Below, in pieces: positions 36,100-51,299 of a stretch of DNA of 64,000 bases (position 1 is the first letter of the stretch; each line of letters begins with the position of its first letter). Under the pieces are notes generated by a model. The model was not told the DNA's origin, did no database searches, and saw only the letters and a program-made list of their open reading frames with translations. Made by a program: the position numbers and the translations under genes. The DNA comes from Rhina ancylostomus (taxonomy: Eukaryota), in NCBI GenBank assembly GCA_030265395.1, contig JARFYF010000074.1, positions 74,002,547 to 74,066,546 of the forward strand. The letters run 5' to 3'.

Positions 36100-37720
36100 A
36101 ATTCTTATTTTCTGCCTCCTGTTACCACAACCTCAAATGGTGGATTCTAGCGTTTTGCCAGTCATAAATGTGAGGCTAACTGCTCTATGGTTCCCTATTT
36201 CCACCCCCCCCCACCCTTCTTTCTCATGAAGCTATGTTACTTCAGTTATCTTCCAGGTGGTGCCACTGCCAAAGAAGATTGCAAATTTATCACTTATTTC
36301 TGCAGCCGTCACTTTGGGAATATAAACTTTCAAGCTCTGGAAATTTGTTCTGTTTAATTGGCCATTATTTCCAATATCTCTTTGGTGTAATTAATAACCA
36401 AGTGTCTTATTATCACTAGAAATCTGGTTCCTTTGCATTTTTGCAATATTTATTGTTTCTTCTTCAACAAAAACATATTTCTTGAATACCTCTGCATTTA
36501 TTTATTTTCAATATAATTTCTCCTCATTGTCTCAATGGAATCCTCTTTTATTTTCCAACTGCCTTTCTTGTTATGTCATGAGGTCTCCTGTTAATTTGTC
36601 CTCATTTTTTTTAGTCATTTGTTACTGCTTCCTAAAACTCTTTACTCTTTAGTCTTGCTACTTTTCCTAGGAAGATTGTAAGGTTCTCTAATCTAATATT
36701 GCCCTTAACCTCCTAGTTAGCTATTGATTGTTTCCCATCAAGTTTTTCCATTCTCTATGGAATGCATATTTGAAATATTTCATGTTTGTCACTGTTTACC
36801 TACTGGCAAACCTTTTGCTAATCTACCTTGTCAATGCATCCCTCATACCTACAAGATTCTTGCCTCCAATTGTTTTGTCCATCTATTGAACTGCATACAA
36901 AAATTATATATAAGACCATGAATCAACCCTCTTTGATTACACAAGATCTCAGAAAGCCTGTTCCCAGTTGGTTTCATGATGTACTGTTACAAAAAGGTTT
37001 ATCAAGCATTTTCTATAAACTCATCCTCTAAACCTATTTTCCAATGACTTTGTAAGGAAAAATGAGAATAAGCCCACAAATGAGTTCTTTAGTTTGTTGT
37101 TCATTGATACATTAACATCATTTCTCATCAAACCGCTGCCTCACAACCAATGTGTAACTTTGCTCTTTATGCCAATAACCTTTTGCTCACTTGTACTTAG
37201 CCACACCCCAACTCCACCACTATTAGTTTAAATCCATTTAAAACCTTATTTATGCAACTCACCAGGTGACTCCCAGAAGAGTTTAAGCAAGGAGTAGCTC
37301 TCCTTTTCCCCCCCAACAGTTGTACCAATGTCCAATTAATCCAAATGTCTTCCTCCACCACATATTTAGTCATTTAATTTGTTCAAATGTATACCAATTT
37401 GCACTTGGGTAACATTGCTGAAATTTTCTCCCTCAAGGGTCTGCATGTTAATCTTGGCCTTCAGAAGTCTATGAGCATGTACCACCTTGAAATCATTGGA
37501 GAAGGTCAAAGGCGAAGACTCTTTAATAACAATATCCTGTGTCACCACAAACTGCCTGACACCCAGTCACATGCTTCTGTCCCTGACAATTATCTAAATC
37601 TGGGTGACAAAGTAATCCAAGGAGTGTTTTTCCCTTCTGAATTGTTCTGTGCCAAGTAACTCTCCCCGCACCCTGATGCACCAAAATATCAACAGCTTGC
37701 ACTTCTGGTCAACAACTCTT
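36100..37720 (-). mobile_element. long, highly decayed CR1 LINE
   Basis: Reverse strand agggaaccatagagcagttagcctcacat (GN-R-VSLT) at ~36170-36200; pyrimidine-rich antisense-LINE composition throughout. Confidence 0.55.
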
Positions 37721-40700
37721 AATCCTAATTTCCTGAACTTACTGTCAATGTGGTTACTGGTGCCATTGCTGCAATAGCTACATCACATTACCTGCCCTAC
37801 TATTTTATCAAGTCTTGCTTAATATAGTTACTTGAGGTTTCACTTCAGTAGTTTTTACTCCATTAGTTTTTCTGCAAGTTTTTTTTTGAAAAAAGGAAAA
37901 CAGCAACTTCCACTAAGTACTGGAGAAAATTAAACACTTGGAGCCTGCAGCTTCGACAAGCCACAAGTAGTAAAGTCACAAAACAGAACCTCCTCCCTCC
38001 GATGCACAAAATTCTCAATGGACCAAATTCCCATTTCAGTTGTCTCCATGCAACCACATTGATAAGGGTAAACCAAGAGTGATGTGCCATTCAAAGCAGT
38101 TTTAGGAAAATAATTGTAACTGGAACTAAAAGATGTTGCAGTAATTACACTACATATATACTATAAGAAATCACAACAGCCTTTAAAAAGGCAGGATTTT
38201 TAAAATTTGGAATTTTCAACAAAGCCACTTTCCCTGTGTAGCTAATTATTTTATATTCATGGTTTAAATGTAAATAGGGATTAAAAACAATAATTGGATA
38301 TTCCAAAGATTAACAGATCACCTGCTGAATCATTGATTTATGACTTTGTGCAAAATTGTGCAGTATCTTTATTCATCCAGCCATGTAACATGATTATACA
38401 CAAATGTAAAAATACTTACATTTTCTAATAACATCCTCGAACAAAATACAATTGAGGTTTTGATACTGAAATAATTTGCTACACCATCAAGGTGAGAGAT
38501 TCCAACTGTTTGGAATTAGGGTCCTATTCATATTCCTCATTTCATCAAATATAACACCAACCTTCTTCATGGGTAATCTGGGGTACAGGGACCAGCTGCA
38601 AGTCGGAATCATATAATATCATTTCCCAAGATTCTATTTACACGCAGCATCTCCAAAACCCCAGAGATCTGCACCTAAAGCAAAGAAACCAGACACACGG
38701 GAATGCCATCACCCATAAATTTCCCTCCTTATTAAATAATCCTAGTTATAAAATGTCTCATTCCTTTATTACTGCTAGATCATTATCATGCAGCTTCCTA
38801 CTTAAAAGCACTGTGCTATACCTTCACTTGATGAACTGCAGGAGTTTACGGCGATTTCTAAAGGTAGACAATGCCCACAGTGAATGTTAAAGCAAATAAA
38901 TAGGGTGATGAGAAATGGACAATAAGGAATTATTTTGAAGAGAGAGCAGAAAACAAAACTCTTTACCACTGTACACAAGAAATAAAAATAATGAAATAAG
39001 GTGAAGGGCCAACAAATGAGACAACCAGGTCATGCAGGCAAAATTCATACCCAGTGTCTATTTTTTGCATTGCTTTGGCCACACAAACCTTTATTAGGTG
39101 CTATACCCATACTTAGAAAGGAAACTACAAGCGTAAAATCATTGAATTGGATTTAAACTGGAAAGGGCTTGGACGGAGGCAAAAGGAACATGTGGCACAA
39201 TTACAACATGACAGGCTTCCAATGATATGTTATCTCCAAAAAGTTAAGTATTTGTATCAGGAAGGCTTAGGATAAAGATGCAACTCAAGATTTTTAATAT
39301 ATTAACAATGATCTAAAATGGTTCATTCAGCTGAAAAGCACTGCACAAATAGGAGCATTTCTCAAATTGGAATTCTGCTCTAACAATATGATGGGGGACA
39401 AACTTGATGAAGCAATATAGTATAAACCTCAAGAAACAATCTTCAGGTTATAACATTTTGAGAAATCTGTTATGCACATTTGGCAAAGAAGTCTGCAATG
39501 AAATAGAGTAACAAAGGACTCTACACTCTTGTAAGTTGTTCCCAGGGTTCCACGATGATCAAAAACTTCAAGATACCCTCACATCTACCTAAAAATCACT
39601 GGTCTTCTGACACCAGCAGTCCAGGAATGAATCCTGCAATTGATACACTCCAAGGTCCAGGTCTATGTGCTGACTGATCCACCTGAAACTTGGCACAGGC
39701 ACTGAAAAGCCTCTATGGAGAAAGTCTACAGTTTAAGGGCCATTGCAGCTGACAAGCTGGAACCTTTGTAGAAACCCCTCAGACAGCCTGTCTGGGGAAT
39801 GAATGCAATAGAAAACTGATAGGATGCATGGAATGGCATGGGTTTTCATGAAAATGGCAAAAATGTTCTGTATTATATACATTTGCAAATATTTGGAATT
39901 CTACATTAATAATTTGGACATAGTTGAACGACTCAGCATAGCAGCAAGGAATACTTACAACAGAAAGGCACTGCAGAGTGCTCAAAATAACTCCAGGTTC
40001 TAAAAATAAACAATGGCCGAGAATTTTCCAGCAGTAACAAAGCTCTCTAGCATTCAGTGCTCGCCTACAAACCTGTCAGTAGATTTTGATGGCAATTTGC
40101 TCCATTCAACAGGATGCAATGTGATCAGTGTGGTCCTAAGTATCTTCAGTTGCAAGTAGCAGCATCACTTGTGGAGCTTGAAAAGCCTTGTCCACAGAGA
40201 CATTATAAAGCTTTGATAGCTTGGGTAAACTATACCGCACGACTCACCCAGCAAGGGAAAACATCAAATTTGAATGCCTTTGTCCCTGACATTCAAAGAT
40301 TATTACAAATTGATTACACGATTGGAATATTTCATGATTGATTTTTTTAAAATTCAAAATCATTTAAAACATTCAGAAGTGAACTCAATTACCTGAGAAG
40401 TACCTAGTTCTGTTACAGCCTTATTTTGCTAATAAAACAGTCACTGAACCTGCAACAGGTCTAACGTGGCACAGAATTTGTGAAAAGATTTGTTTGCTAA
40501 CTGCTTGAGAACAGCAAGAAATGGATGCTTTTCCTTTGAACTCTATGACGAATCCAACGTCTGTGCACAGCAGGTGGTGAGCACCCTGAAGTTCTGGGCC
40601 TGTGCCTTTGAGCTTGCATCATCAGGAAATCCTGATACCCTGACACTTGAAAAGGAAAACGCCAGCAGATTAAAGTGGAAATATTAGCACTTCAAGAAAA

Positions 40701-43700
40701 TCCAGCCATTAGAGTGCTTAAGTTTAATAAGCATTACAGCAAGGAAAGTGACTTAGCCACTTCGAACTATTAAAATGTTTCTCCAAAGGACCAGGCCAAG
40801 TTAGTTTAAAAACATGCTTGCATGTTCTTTTTTTAAAATTTAATTGGGAGTGAGGAAAGAGCATCAAAGCAAAAATTCAGTTCCAATTTCTGGATAATAT
40901 TCTATCAGCCAACATTGATATCTCCCTCCTGCTTTATACCATGCAGCTCCAACTATGCTTAATTTACCAAGGAACGGTCTGCCTTTTAAAGTTAATCTCT
41001 CAAAACCCCAACTACATTCTCAAGGGATCCTAAACTTGAGCCTCTATCAAGGTGGCTTCTGCTGCTTAACAGCAAATTAGTTCAAATGGGCAAGGGGATA
41101 AAGGGCCAGCAATGCCATACCGTTTTCAGTATTTTAAAGTAGAGTTTCAGACAAAAATCAAATTCTAATTGACTGTAAAGTTTGGTACACTGGGCTTCAG
41201 TGAAATCACAAAACTATTGTGTCTGTTATACATGTATTTAGTTCTTAAGCATATTTGGGGAAAAAGTACTTTCACAACAATGCTTTACTTTAAATCTCTG
41301 GTTTCAAAACAGTAAAATAAGCCAAACTAATTAGTCATTATGTCATGTTAAATTCCTGTTATAAGCAAACTTGGTATTGAGATTTTATTAAAACTTGCTA
41401 AAATCTAGTTAATTTAAATTATGAATCAAATATTGTTGATCGAGTTTGATGGAACTTCAACAACATAGTAATGTGTAGTTGTAGATATAATATTTTAAGT
41501 TGTATGGCTACATAAAAATTAGCATTATTCAATTCTGTAGTGGATTAAACAAAAAAATTATCACACTTTTGCAGTTCATCGTTCTATTTTTTACTTATGT
41601 TCCTTCTGGATTTTTTCTTCTGGTTTTCCATGATTCTCTCTATTCCCACTTCCTCCAGCACTGGATCAGCAGACAGTAGCCTTGAATCAGGGTGTATAAA
41701 CCATATCGTCATGTCCAGATTTTCAAGGAAGTCCATTATATTTAAACATACAGCTTCTCAAATATGTACCAGTAGGCAAAGAATACCCAAGGAAAATTTC
41801 ATCTTTGGTTACTAGCAGTGAATGGGTGCAGGTGCATTAACAGCAGTTGTGTTCACTTCTTGGCATCCACTTCCACTGATTTCAATGGAATCCACAAAGA
41901 CAGACACATACTTGATGCTCACAACCAAAGAATTCTTTTCCCCTCTTCACTCCCAATACAGAATTTAAATCTTGGGTAATTTTTTTTTCCCCAATCAGTA
42001 AATTCAGGTGCTTAATTATTCTCAGCTATATGGGAACATATGCCTAAAAGTGAGACCCAGTTAAAATGGGTCATAATCAATCCAACAAGTCAACATAATT
42101 TTTACAGCACTGCAATCAACATTTTTCACTTTTTTCAGACAAAAGAAAATCAGTCAGTAATGCTGTGTCTTCTTTCAGTACTGTATTTGTCCACATACAA
42201 GGATTAAGTTTAAATGTATGTTAACTGGGGAAACCTATCCTGTTATGTCCCGACATAACTTAAGTTTATAACTATCTTTTCACCCTTCCAATGTACCTTT
42301 TAAATTCATTGCAAAATTTTAGATTATAACTGTTGCAGTGGGCTTGTGTATGAGGAATTTTAAAATAATGGATAATTAATACATATTAACAACATGAATA
42401 TCACAAGTAAATTTCATTTTGCACAATTAACCAAATGATCCATTTGATTCTGATCTGATTATTCATTATAGCCCACAGCACAAGCTATGATGCAGCAAGT
42501 CAGATTTTCACATTAAAATTCGGCCATTTGGCAACTTCAGAAGTTTGAAATTTCTGCATTCTCATCAGGAAGTATGTAATCCTAAATTTCTTTTAGTACT
42601 GCCCAGTGCTTTATAAAAATCCAACATTAGAACTCATTCTGCATTTAAAGTTTGAAATACCAAGCTATATTAAATAACAATGTACCTTCATTTTCCTTCT
42701 ACAACTAATAAATAAGATCCGGATTAAGTATCATTTTCTTACAGAAAGTGCACACAGTTCTTTACTGGTGTTTTTACCATAGATTTGTAGTGTGCACAAA
42801 TGGGAAATGTCAGCAGTAGAAACTGGGCTGCTTCATTCTCTTTTTTGCTTCTTATACACACCTAGGACCAGCATCTGGCAATTTCCATCCACCAAGCCAC
42901 GATCAGCTGGTTGTATCACTTGCAATAATATGAACTGATGAAAGTCTTCAATTGTATTCTGTGTTTTGTACCACACCTCAACACTCAGTTTAATGAAAGT
43001 CAACAGCTTGAAATGTTAATCATGTTTGTCATTCAATAAATGTTGTTCATCCTCCAGAGTATTTTCTGACAACGTANNNNNNNNNNNNNNNNNNNNNNNN
43101 NNNNNNNNNNNNNNNNNNNNNNNNNNNNNNNNNNNNNNNNNNNNNNNNNNNNNNNNNNNNNNNNNNNNNNNNNNNNTAATAGAATCAGACAAATCACACC
43201 CAACTTAAGCAAGCACATTTTTCCTCATGTACAGGTGATGAGGAAAAAGACAGTTACTGTCTCAAACAGGAGACTGGTTGATTGGGAGATATGATTAATA
43301 TGCAATTGTTTCAGTGGAGAGAAGAAGGGATTTAGGTCTAGAAATTCTGGTTAGATAGCTGCATTGTTGGAATTGCACTGGAATGGAATTCTGCCTCCCA
43401 ATCTATGATATGCCAATGTAGAATATAATATTTTGGCATTGGCAACAAGATTAGGATGTGCCATTAGTATCTTGTGGCATGGACTGAGACCACAGAATTC
43501 AGCAGGTGCAACCCATATCTTGACATGCTGTCATATAAATTGCACTGGCTAAAATCTACATGTATGGTAACATACCCCACGGATCTAATGACTACAATAA
43601 CTTTGATCTAAATTTGATATCCCTGTTACTTCTTTTAATTTGCTCACACATACCTTTCCAATATCTTCTAAGGACCACCAAATAAACACCTGGTAAAACA

Positions 43701-46700
43701 AGATTAGGTGCAAATTGTAACACGGCTTTATTTCTGACCCAGCAAGTGAACATAAGATGCAACCATAAAACACGTTTCATTTGATCAGTAAACAACTTGT
43801 GTTTATGTAATAATACAAAATAATAAATATACTACATTTCAGAATATCCCTGGCACTCATTTGATCAAATAATGTAACCTTCAAATTTCTTGCAGTCTAA
43901 TTTTCTCATTGCTTTTTCTGGGTCTGTGTTGTGTTTTACATAAAGTTCACTCTCTGTTTCTTCCCGGTACTTGCAACACGAGGAGAGGCCTATTCCATGC
44001 TTCCTGCTGAGTATCCCAGCACCAAAGATTTTCCAAGGGAGGGTTGATTAATTATTGAATCAGGTTGACAAATTGTTATTTCATTTACAATCTTTTAAGC
44101 ATAATCAACACTTAACCTATTAGCATTTTAGCTGTTTTATATTGCTTATTTCAATGCCTTATTTTCTTGGAGGATAATCCCATCTTTCAGAAGTTTACCT
44201 TTTGGTAGCACAAAATAGCCAATAATAAATTAGTAGCTTTTTCTCTGCCAGATTAAACAAATGTGTTTCAACAAATCATGGAAACATTTTCAATGAGAAA
44301 TATTAAACTCCATGTCCAATAGTTTTTAAATTAATGTCAAAGCATAAGCAGAAAGAAGAATAAAGATTTGGAAAGAAAGGTTTTATTCAAAACTCCTAAC
44401 AAAACTCTAGGTTGCTGTCCAATTGTCCAGGAATAAAGCATGCAAGACTGTCCCCAAGCTTATAATTCAAATCAAAATTGCTTGACTTTGTTTAATTAGT
44501 GATACAATTGCATCCATATTCAAGCCTGTACTATAATGATTGGAAGCCTTATTGAGCATGAAACACAGGTTATGGTTAGTAAAAATATTCTTAGCCACAA
44601 ATGGCAGAAGCCTGGAGGCTCATGGTCTACATGCAACTTATGAAAACCAGGTTTAAGAATGTGTATGGAGAGCCATCTGATTAAATTATTATACCATATT
44701 AATGTCCTAACAAAGTTGCTTCTGCTTTATCTTAATATATAAATTCAGTTTTGCCTGCTTGACTAATAAAATAAAAGACATTGTTGCAAACATATAACCC
44801 TTAGTGTCTAAATTTATCCTGTAAATATTTGTACTACAAAGACCAGAAGGTTCCAGGTTTAACTATTAGCCTGGTCTGAGTTGTTCTGAAACTGGAATGT
44901 TGCAATTAGCTTTAATCTTCCAAATGAAGGATCATTTAATTCCAATTCAGTAAATCCTCTTAGAGTTGCACAGTTCCGGATGTAAGGAAACAATTTTGCT
45001 TGTTCCCACCATATCCTGTTTCCAACACTCATTCTAACTTGAAGTAAAAATTACCTTTGAACAGCAGAGGGCATCGAGCGCTTGTGAAACTAACCCTAGT
45101 CTTCAAGAATTGAGAGTGAGTAAGAAAAAGGTTTTAAAAAGTGAACACATTATAGGGAGAGTGGCTAAAAGCAATTTGAAAATGCTAATAAATTTTTCCT
45201 ATCAAAATCCAAAAAATAATAAATATTGGTCCTTTGCATTCTCAGAGATTCCTGTGTAATTTGCTGCGTGAAGATTACAGCAGACAGTCACAGCTAAGTG
45301 CGTCCTTTTGAACTTTTAAACATATCAGAGAATTGAAATTGATCTGGGAGAGTTTCTTCTATGCTACACCTGGGCAATCAGCATTCTTCAAGCATGAGAT
45401 ATAGGATAAAGGTAGAGCTATAAAGTTAAGTCTCTACAACATTCTATTGGTCTGAAATTCCTTCTTAAGTTGCTTTGGCACAAGGGCCTAGTATACTTGA
45501 TTAAGTTCTGCATATATAAGTGTCTGTAAATGTGCTGCCCAAGGCTAGGAACAAGGCTATGTCCAGTGTGGAGATGGGGCTAGAGTTAATAGACCTGATC
45601 TGGGCCATGGCCTGTGACCAGGTAAATGGCCAAAGATTATGGTTTGGGGTGGCATTGGGTAAGAACTGAGAGGAGTGGACAGTGATTATATGAATTGTCT
45701 TAGGAAGGGTGTTGAAACTGGTGGAAGGTTCAATTGGCTTCTGGGCTGATCAGTAGTCCAGGAGATTGGAGAGTCATGGTATGGTGGGGATGATTTGTTC
45801 TCCAAGGTTGAGGGAGGTGGAGGCTTCAAAGATGAAAGATATGGGACTGACATTAGCAAAGGTCTGGTCTGAAGCTATGGAGTGAAGACCTGCTTGTCCC
45901 AGTAGTGTCCAGCAACAGTTACTCCAGGGGCAACATGCACTTAAATGCTCAGCAACACTATAAGAGAAAGCACCCTGCTGAATTTCAAGTGCTCAAAAAA
46001 AATGAAGGAGAAATAGTGGTTGCTGCATTTCCTCCATGGTGCGTACTATCCAGTTGCATAGTGTTGAAGTGAATAGCACCACCCAATCAAGGTTACAGAC
46101 TGCAGATTATTCATACGTTGCCCAGCAAGGGGTGCCTGGAAAATAGTGATCCCAGACAGAGGCTTGGGATCTGCAGACCATGGTTGATTTCTGTTGTTAA
46201 CTCATCCTGATCTGTCCTACCACCTCCACCTGAAAGTAATTTCTGGATTTGGAGGTGACCAGCTGCTGCCCTTCAGTCTCCAGGCCGCTTCCATTTCCTT
46301 ATCTGGCAAAGGCATTGAACCCAGCCACAGACATCAATGGAAAAAGCTCTTTAAAAAGACAAACTGTTGAGAAACTGGGCACCTTTCATTTGGATGTTTT
46401 AGGAAAATAATACTTCTAATTGTAGTTTAGGTGTCATTTCTCTTGGTCTTGCCACTTGAAGGATGGATGTGTTGATTTTGATTTAAGTAATTGAGTAACA
46501 TCCAATAATCACATTGTATTGAAGTAATTTTTTTCAACTTTCCTTTGAGGTGCGCTGTGTGACTGAAGAGCTGAAGAGCGTGCTTACAAATTGGGCTTGC
46601 ATAAGGCCTAATCCAGAAGTCAGTAACTTGAACTGTTTGAGTATTATGCTGTGCCATATCACTGTCTAGACAGGGTTCCAACTGCATAAATGGGGTCCTC

Positions 46701-46749
46701 TGCTCATTTTCTCATATCTCCCCTCAAAGACTTTTAATGGAAAGGCCTC

Positions 46750-46930
46750 TGGGTTTTGTATATGGTGAATATATAAAGTATTCTTTGAATGTTTTTTGGT
46801 ATATTAAGGGAATGAAGGGATATTGAGTTAGTTTAAGAAAGTGACACTGAGGTGAAACACAGCCTTGATCTTATTGAATGGTAGAGCAGGCATGAGGGCC
46901 AAGAGGCCTACACTGGCTTCTAGTTCATGT
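46750..46930 (+). mobile_element. decayed CR1 3' end
   Basis: aagggaatgaagggatattg...gatcttattgaatggtagagcaggcatgagggcc. Confidence 0.6.
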
Positions 46931-47479
46931 GTTCCTTTGGTTATGTATTAACCACAAAATTATCCCCCTCATCACCTGAAAACACTAAGAATTTGGTTTG
47001 ATTTAATTGAAACCTTAGCCAGGTAGTTACTCATCTTNNNNNNNNNNTCATCTTAGAGGTAATGGAAGTGGGAGCACTAATGCAGACCAAAGCTTCAATG
47101 CATTTCCCTTTGTTCAAGCTCTGAATTACTAGGAGTCAGGTATGAAACCCTTGCCCTGGATCATCACTCACTTTGCATTCTGTAAGATTTTAAAAACAGT
47201 GTACAAGAAGGATCAATCCTCACTCTCTGGAAGGCTGCCATGAATAGCATTACAGTAATTAGCCAATCATATACCAATAGAAGAAAGCTTGTTAAAGGAG
47301 CAGATTTTATTCAAACATAATACCTTGCAGATAATACAATGTGGAGACCTATAGCGTCAGGCTTACGCAGGCCCTGTCTTAGGCCAATGTGGTTGTACTT
47401 TAATTGCAAGTCTTGGCAAGCCCATTGGTTGTATTACTTCTACCAACAGTTCAAGAAAAAAGGGCACTGTGAAGTTCTT

Positions 47480-48098
47480 TGGGCAACTGGGGATAGACTA
47501 GCAAGAGTTCAGAGCCAGCATGTTTGTTATAGAGTGAAGGGCAAAGCTGGCAGGAATAGGGAACCCTGGTTGATGAGGGATATTGAGGCTCTGATCAGAA
47601 AAAGGAGGCATATGTCAGGTATTGACAGCTGGCATCAAGTGAATCCCTTGAGGAGTATATGGAATGTTGGAATACACAATGGGGAAATCAGGAGGGCAAG
47701 AAGAGGACATGAGATAGCTTTGGCAGTTAAGATAAAGGTAAATCCTAAGAGATTCTATATCAAGAGCAAAAGCATCAATATGGAGCCACACGAGGTGGTC
47801 GAGATCTTAAATGAATATTTCTAGTTTGTGTTTACTGTGGAGAAGATCATCGAAGCAAGGGAATTCAGGGAAGAGAACAGCAATGCCTTGAAACATATCC
47901 ATATTACAAAAGAGGAGGTGCTGGTAGTCTTAAAGCACATAAAGGTGAATAAATCCCTCGGGCCTGACCAAGTGTAACCAGGGACATTGTAAGAAGACTG
48001 GGAAGAAATTGCTGGGACCCTGGCAGAGATATTTGTATCATTGTTAGCCACGGGTGAGGGACTGGAGGGTGGCTAATATTGTGCCTTTATTTTAGAAG
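47480..48098 (+). mobile_element. CR1 ORF2 internal fragment (EN-RT linker)
   Basis: IKVNPKRFY, EILNEYF, IKVNKSLGPDQV, EEIAGTLAEIF, WRVANIVPLF with stops and frameshifts. Confidence 0.88.
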
Positions 48099-48245
48099 GT
48101 GCCATATCCCTCTAAACCTTTTCTATCCATGTATCTGTATAAGTATCTTTTAAATGTTGTACCCATCTCTACCACTTCCTCTGGCAGCTTGTTCCTCTGG
48201 GTGGAAATGCTGCCCCTCAGGTCCCCTTTAAATCTTACCCCTTGC
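48099..48245 (-). mobile_element. CR1 3'-region fragment, inverted relative to the adjacent fragment
   Basis: Reverse strand agatttaaaggggacctgaggggc...aacaagctgccagaggaagtggtagag...atggatagaaaaggtttagagggatatgg. Confidence 0.8.
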
Positions 48246-49769
48246 AGCCCATTTGTTATTTCTTTACATGGGGATGGCCCCTTTCACACAAGCAAGTACA
48301 TGATTTTAGAGCAAGGTCTTGCCCCAATGACAAAAAGATCCAAGGTGATTGGAGGCCAGGCTCTGCTTCATGGACTTAACCCACAGTGTCTTTTTCCACA
48401 GTCCCTCACCCTCCCCTAAACCCCTCTCTTCCTCAGAACCTGCTCTGTCTTGCCTACCACCTTCCTCCCCTTTCCTTCTCAACCCATTCTTCCTTCCAGT
48501 CTTAACCCTTTCCTTCCATCCTTGCCAACCTCCTACCCCACCCTCTCACTAGTGGTTGGCTCCTTCCTGAGGCAATCTTGCCTCCACCATTGCAGCCCTC
48601 TTTACAGAACGAACAATGCGTCTCATGCTGTGATTGTTACTTGGAGATAGCTCATGGGCAACTCAGGCCATAGGGTTACTTCCCATTGCCCCTTGGCACA
48701 ATGGAGTGAGGCAAGATATTCTGCATGGTTCTCAAGCATGAAGTTTGAAACAGTTTGGGTGGCCTTCAGAACCCAGTGGATTGGGGTTGGGTAGGATGTA
48801 AAAAACATCTATTACCCAGCCTGCCTATTTCAGGTTTAATAGAGGCAGGGCCAGGGGGTGGATAGCCACACATTGAATATAATAAAGAAGCTGGAACCTC
48901 CCATTTATTAAATATTTAATAGTCATCTACTGGGCTCTGTAGAGCAGCACAAGGGAAACAGTGCCAGCTTCTGAGCCAAGATAAGATTCCTCACAGCCAA
49001 GAGGAGCAAGAGTACCTTCCCTTGGCCCACACAAATATCCTCATCACTACATCCATTCTTCCTAGATTGGAACTCCTTTCCCACTTCTCCATTTTATGGA
49101 GTTGGTTCCTCCGGGCTCATGGATTGTGTCCTTCCACACCCATCTCCAGGCTGGGAGTTTCTGACTCCCCTTCCCCAGAGTTCTTTATCTACTCCTGAGA
49201 TGTGGAATACTCGAATGCTGCCTCACACCCTCATCATCTGGGGCCGATTATTAGGTGGATGGAAAATGGTAACGAGGTGAGAGGAATGACCATGATCTTC
49301 TTTCTGCTCACTTGAACTATCAACACAAAATGGTTTATTCTGCATATAAATTTCAATGAAATTATCCCATTATGTTTTAAGAGTATGCAACTTTAGTATC
49401 AGCATGGATCAAAACATTCCAAATGTTGCCCAAATATACAACTTATTAAACATTGTTACCTTTGCAGCCATTAATTAATGCATTGAAATTCCTACACTGT
49501 AACTATCATTGTACATTTTCTTGCAAGGTTCAGAACAGAGATACTCAAAAAAATCAATTTCAATTGCCCTCTTCATCTTGTACCATGCAAGACTAATAGA
49601 GGGACTTGGCTTGTTAGTTTAATGCTATATTGAGATAAAGGTTTCCAACCCAGTAACTGAATATTAAAATTTCCCAATACATTTTCATAGCATAATAACC
49701 ACAAAGCTACATGCAGATCTTTTGTCCTCCTAAAGTAAACATGAAATGAAAAGCAAAATAAAGTGCTAT

Positions 49770-50240
49770 AAATAAGAAAAAGCAAAAAATGCTCAGATGC
49801 CGACTCAGCGTCTGTGGAGACAGACGAGTCAATGTTCCAAATCACCATCCCTACCCCAGCCCCCATAGCTAAACAAGATTTTTTCAACTCCTTTCCAGTT
49901 CTGGCAAAGGGTCTTTAACCTGATAGTTAACTCTGTTTCTTTTCCCCACAGATGCGGCCTGACCTACTGAATCTTTGCAGCATGTAAAAAATATATACTT
50001 CCAGCATCTGCAGTTTTTTTTATATTAATGTTCCAGGTCAATAATTATCCATCAGATGACAGATCACTGCCTTTAAACTTATTCACACTCCGGCTTTAAC
50101 CAAGTGTGATTTAGGGCAATGAACTGAAACAGGGTTAACATTTCAAGTCAAGTGTCCAGTCTAGCTGATTTAAAGGTCTTTGAAATAGTCACTCCACAGA
50201 TGCAACCTGACCTGCTGACAACTTCCAGCATTTTTTTTCA
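49770..50240. repeat. cluster of decayed hammerhead-core/Penelope-type short repeats in both orientations
   Basis: cacagatgcggcctgacctactgaat (~49947), cacagatgcaacctgacctgctgac (~50195), reverse-oriented gcgtctgtggaga (~49808). Confidence 0.55.
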
Positions 50241-50724
50241 ATAAATTTAAAATGACTTTTAAACTGTTTAGGTTTATTTACATTAATTACAAAGATAACT
50301 CCCCCCTCAGCATAACTGTATACAAAATCTACAAAATTTTATGTCTGGGATTCTAGTCTAAAATTACTGTTCATATGCTTTTATATTCCCTAATTTGATC
50401 TGAACAAGCTATAATCTGTGGCATGAAAATTAAATACCGGTTCACAGTTTCCATATAGAGCTAGAATTCACCCATATCTCCATTCATATCCCAATTCATA
50501 GGCTCTGATATTAGAAGCCAAACACGAGGTAAAAGATTGCAGTGTCATCCAAGCACCACAAATAGCATTTGTGACAATTGTTAAAAAAAATTCAATGCAA
50601 TAAATTTGCATTTATTATTAAAAAAACATTCAGGTCACATTTACGTCAACATTTACAAGTTTCAGCATGCAGTGAATTGGTGGTAACACACTAATTAAAA
50701 CCAGTTAAGATATTAAAAGTGTCA

Positions 50725-51125
50725 GCTGTGGTTCATCGAGCAAAGCTCACACCCAAATTAAAGACGGAACTTTCAATTGCGCTCATGTCTTGAATGCCAT
50801 TATATGGGTTGATACCTTTGTTCTCCACACAGAGTATCACATGGTCAGAACACTGCCTCTGTTGAGGTGTTAAACCAAGTTCATTTTCCCCTTTAAGGAA
50901 CAGCAAAGGTTCAGAGAAACTGCTTCCAAGAGCAGCAGGTGAATTACCCATTCTATCAGTCAAGACACATCCCAACATTACAAAAGCAGTTTATATGGTT
51001 ATTATCAGATTGTTTGTGCAAGCTTGCCATAATGAAGATGGGCACCAATTTTTTTAATTTACATGGGTGACTAAACTTCTCAGAGTGTAACTTGCTTTGG
51101 CAGCCCGAAGTTGTGAAAGTGCTCA
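50725..51125 (+). mobile_element. old DeuSINE-like SINE
   Basis: gaggtgttaaaccaag...aagagcagcagg...tggttattatcagattgtttgtgcaagcttgc...gaagttgtgaaagtgct resembles the Deu core and tail. Confidence 0.5.
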
Positions 51126-51299
51126 TCTCTTCTGTTTGAAAAGTAGAAGGGATTCACACAAATTTGATGCATTTAACAGTATTAAATTTTTCATTCAACC
51201 AAAGTTAAATACACTAATCATGAAGCATCTGCTGGCAGCACAACATTTTAAGAATAACCTTGATAACCGGTAACGTGTAAAGATGCAAAAGAGCTAATT

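Noticed and set aside
43218-43248. 11-bp hairpins (here and at 61336-61358)
   Set aside because: Short enough to arise by chance or from SINE remnants in 64 kb.
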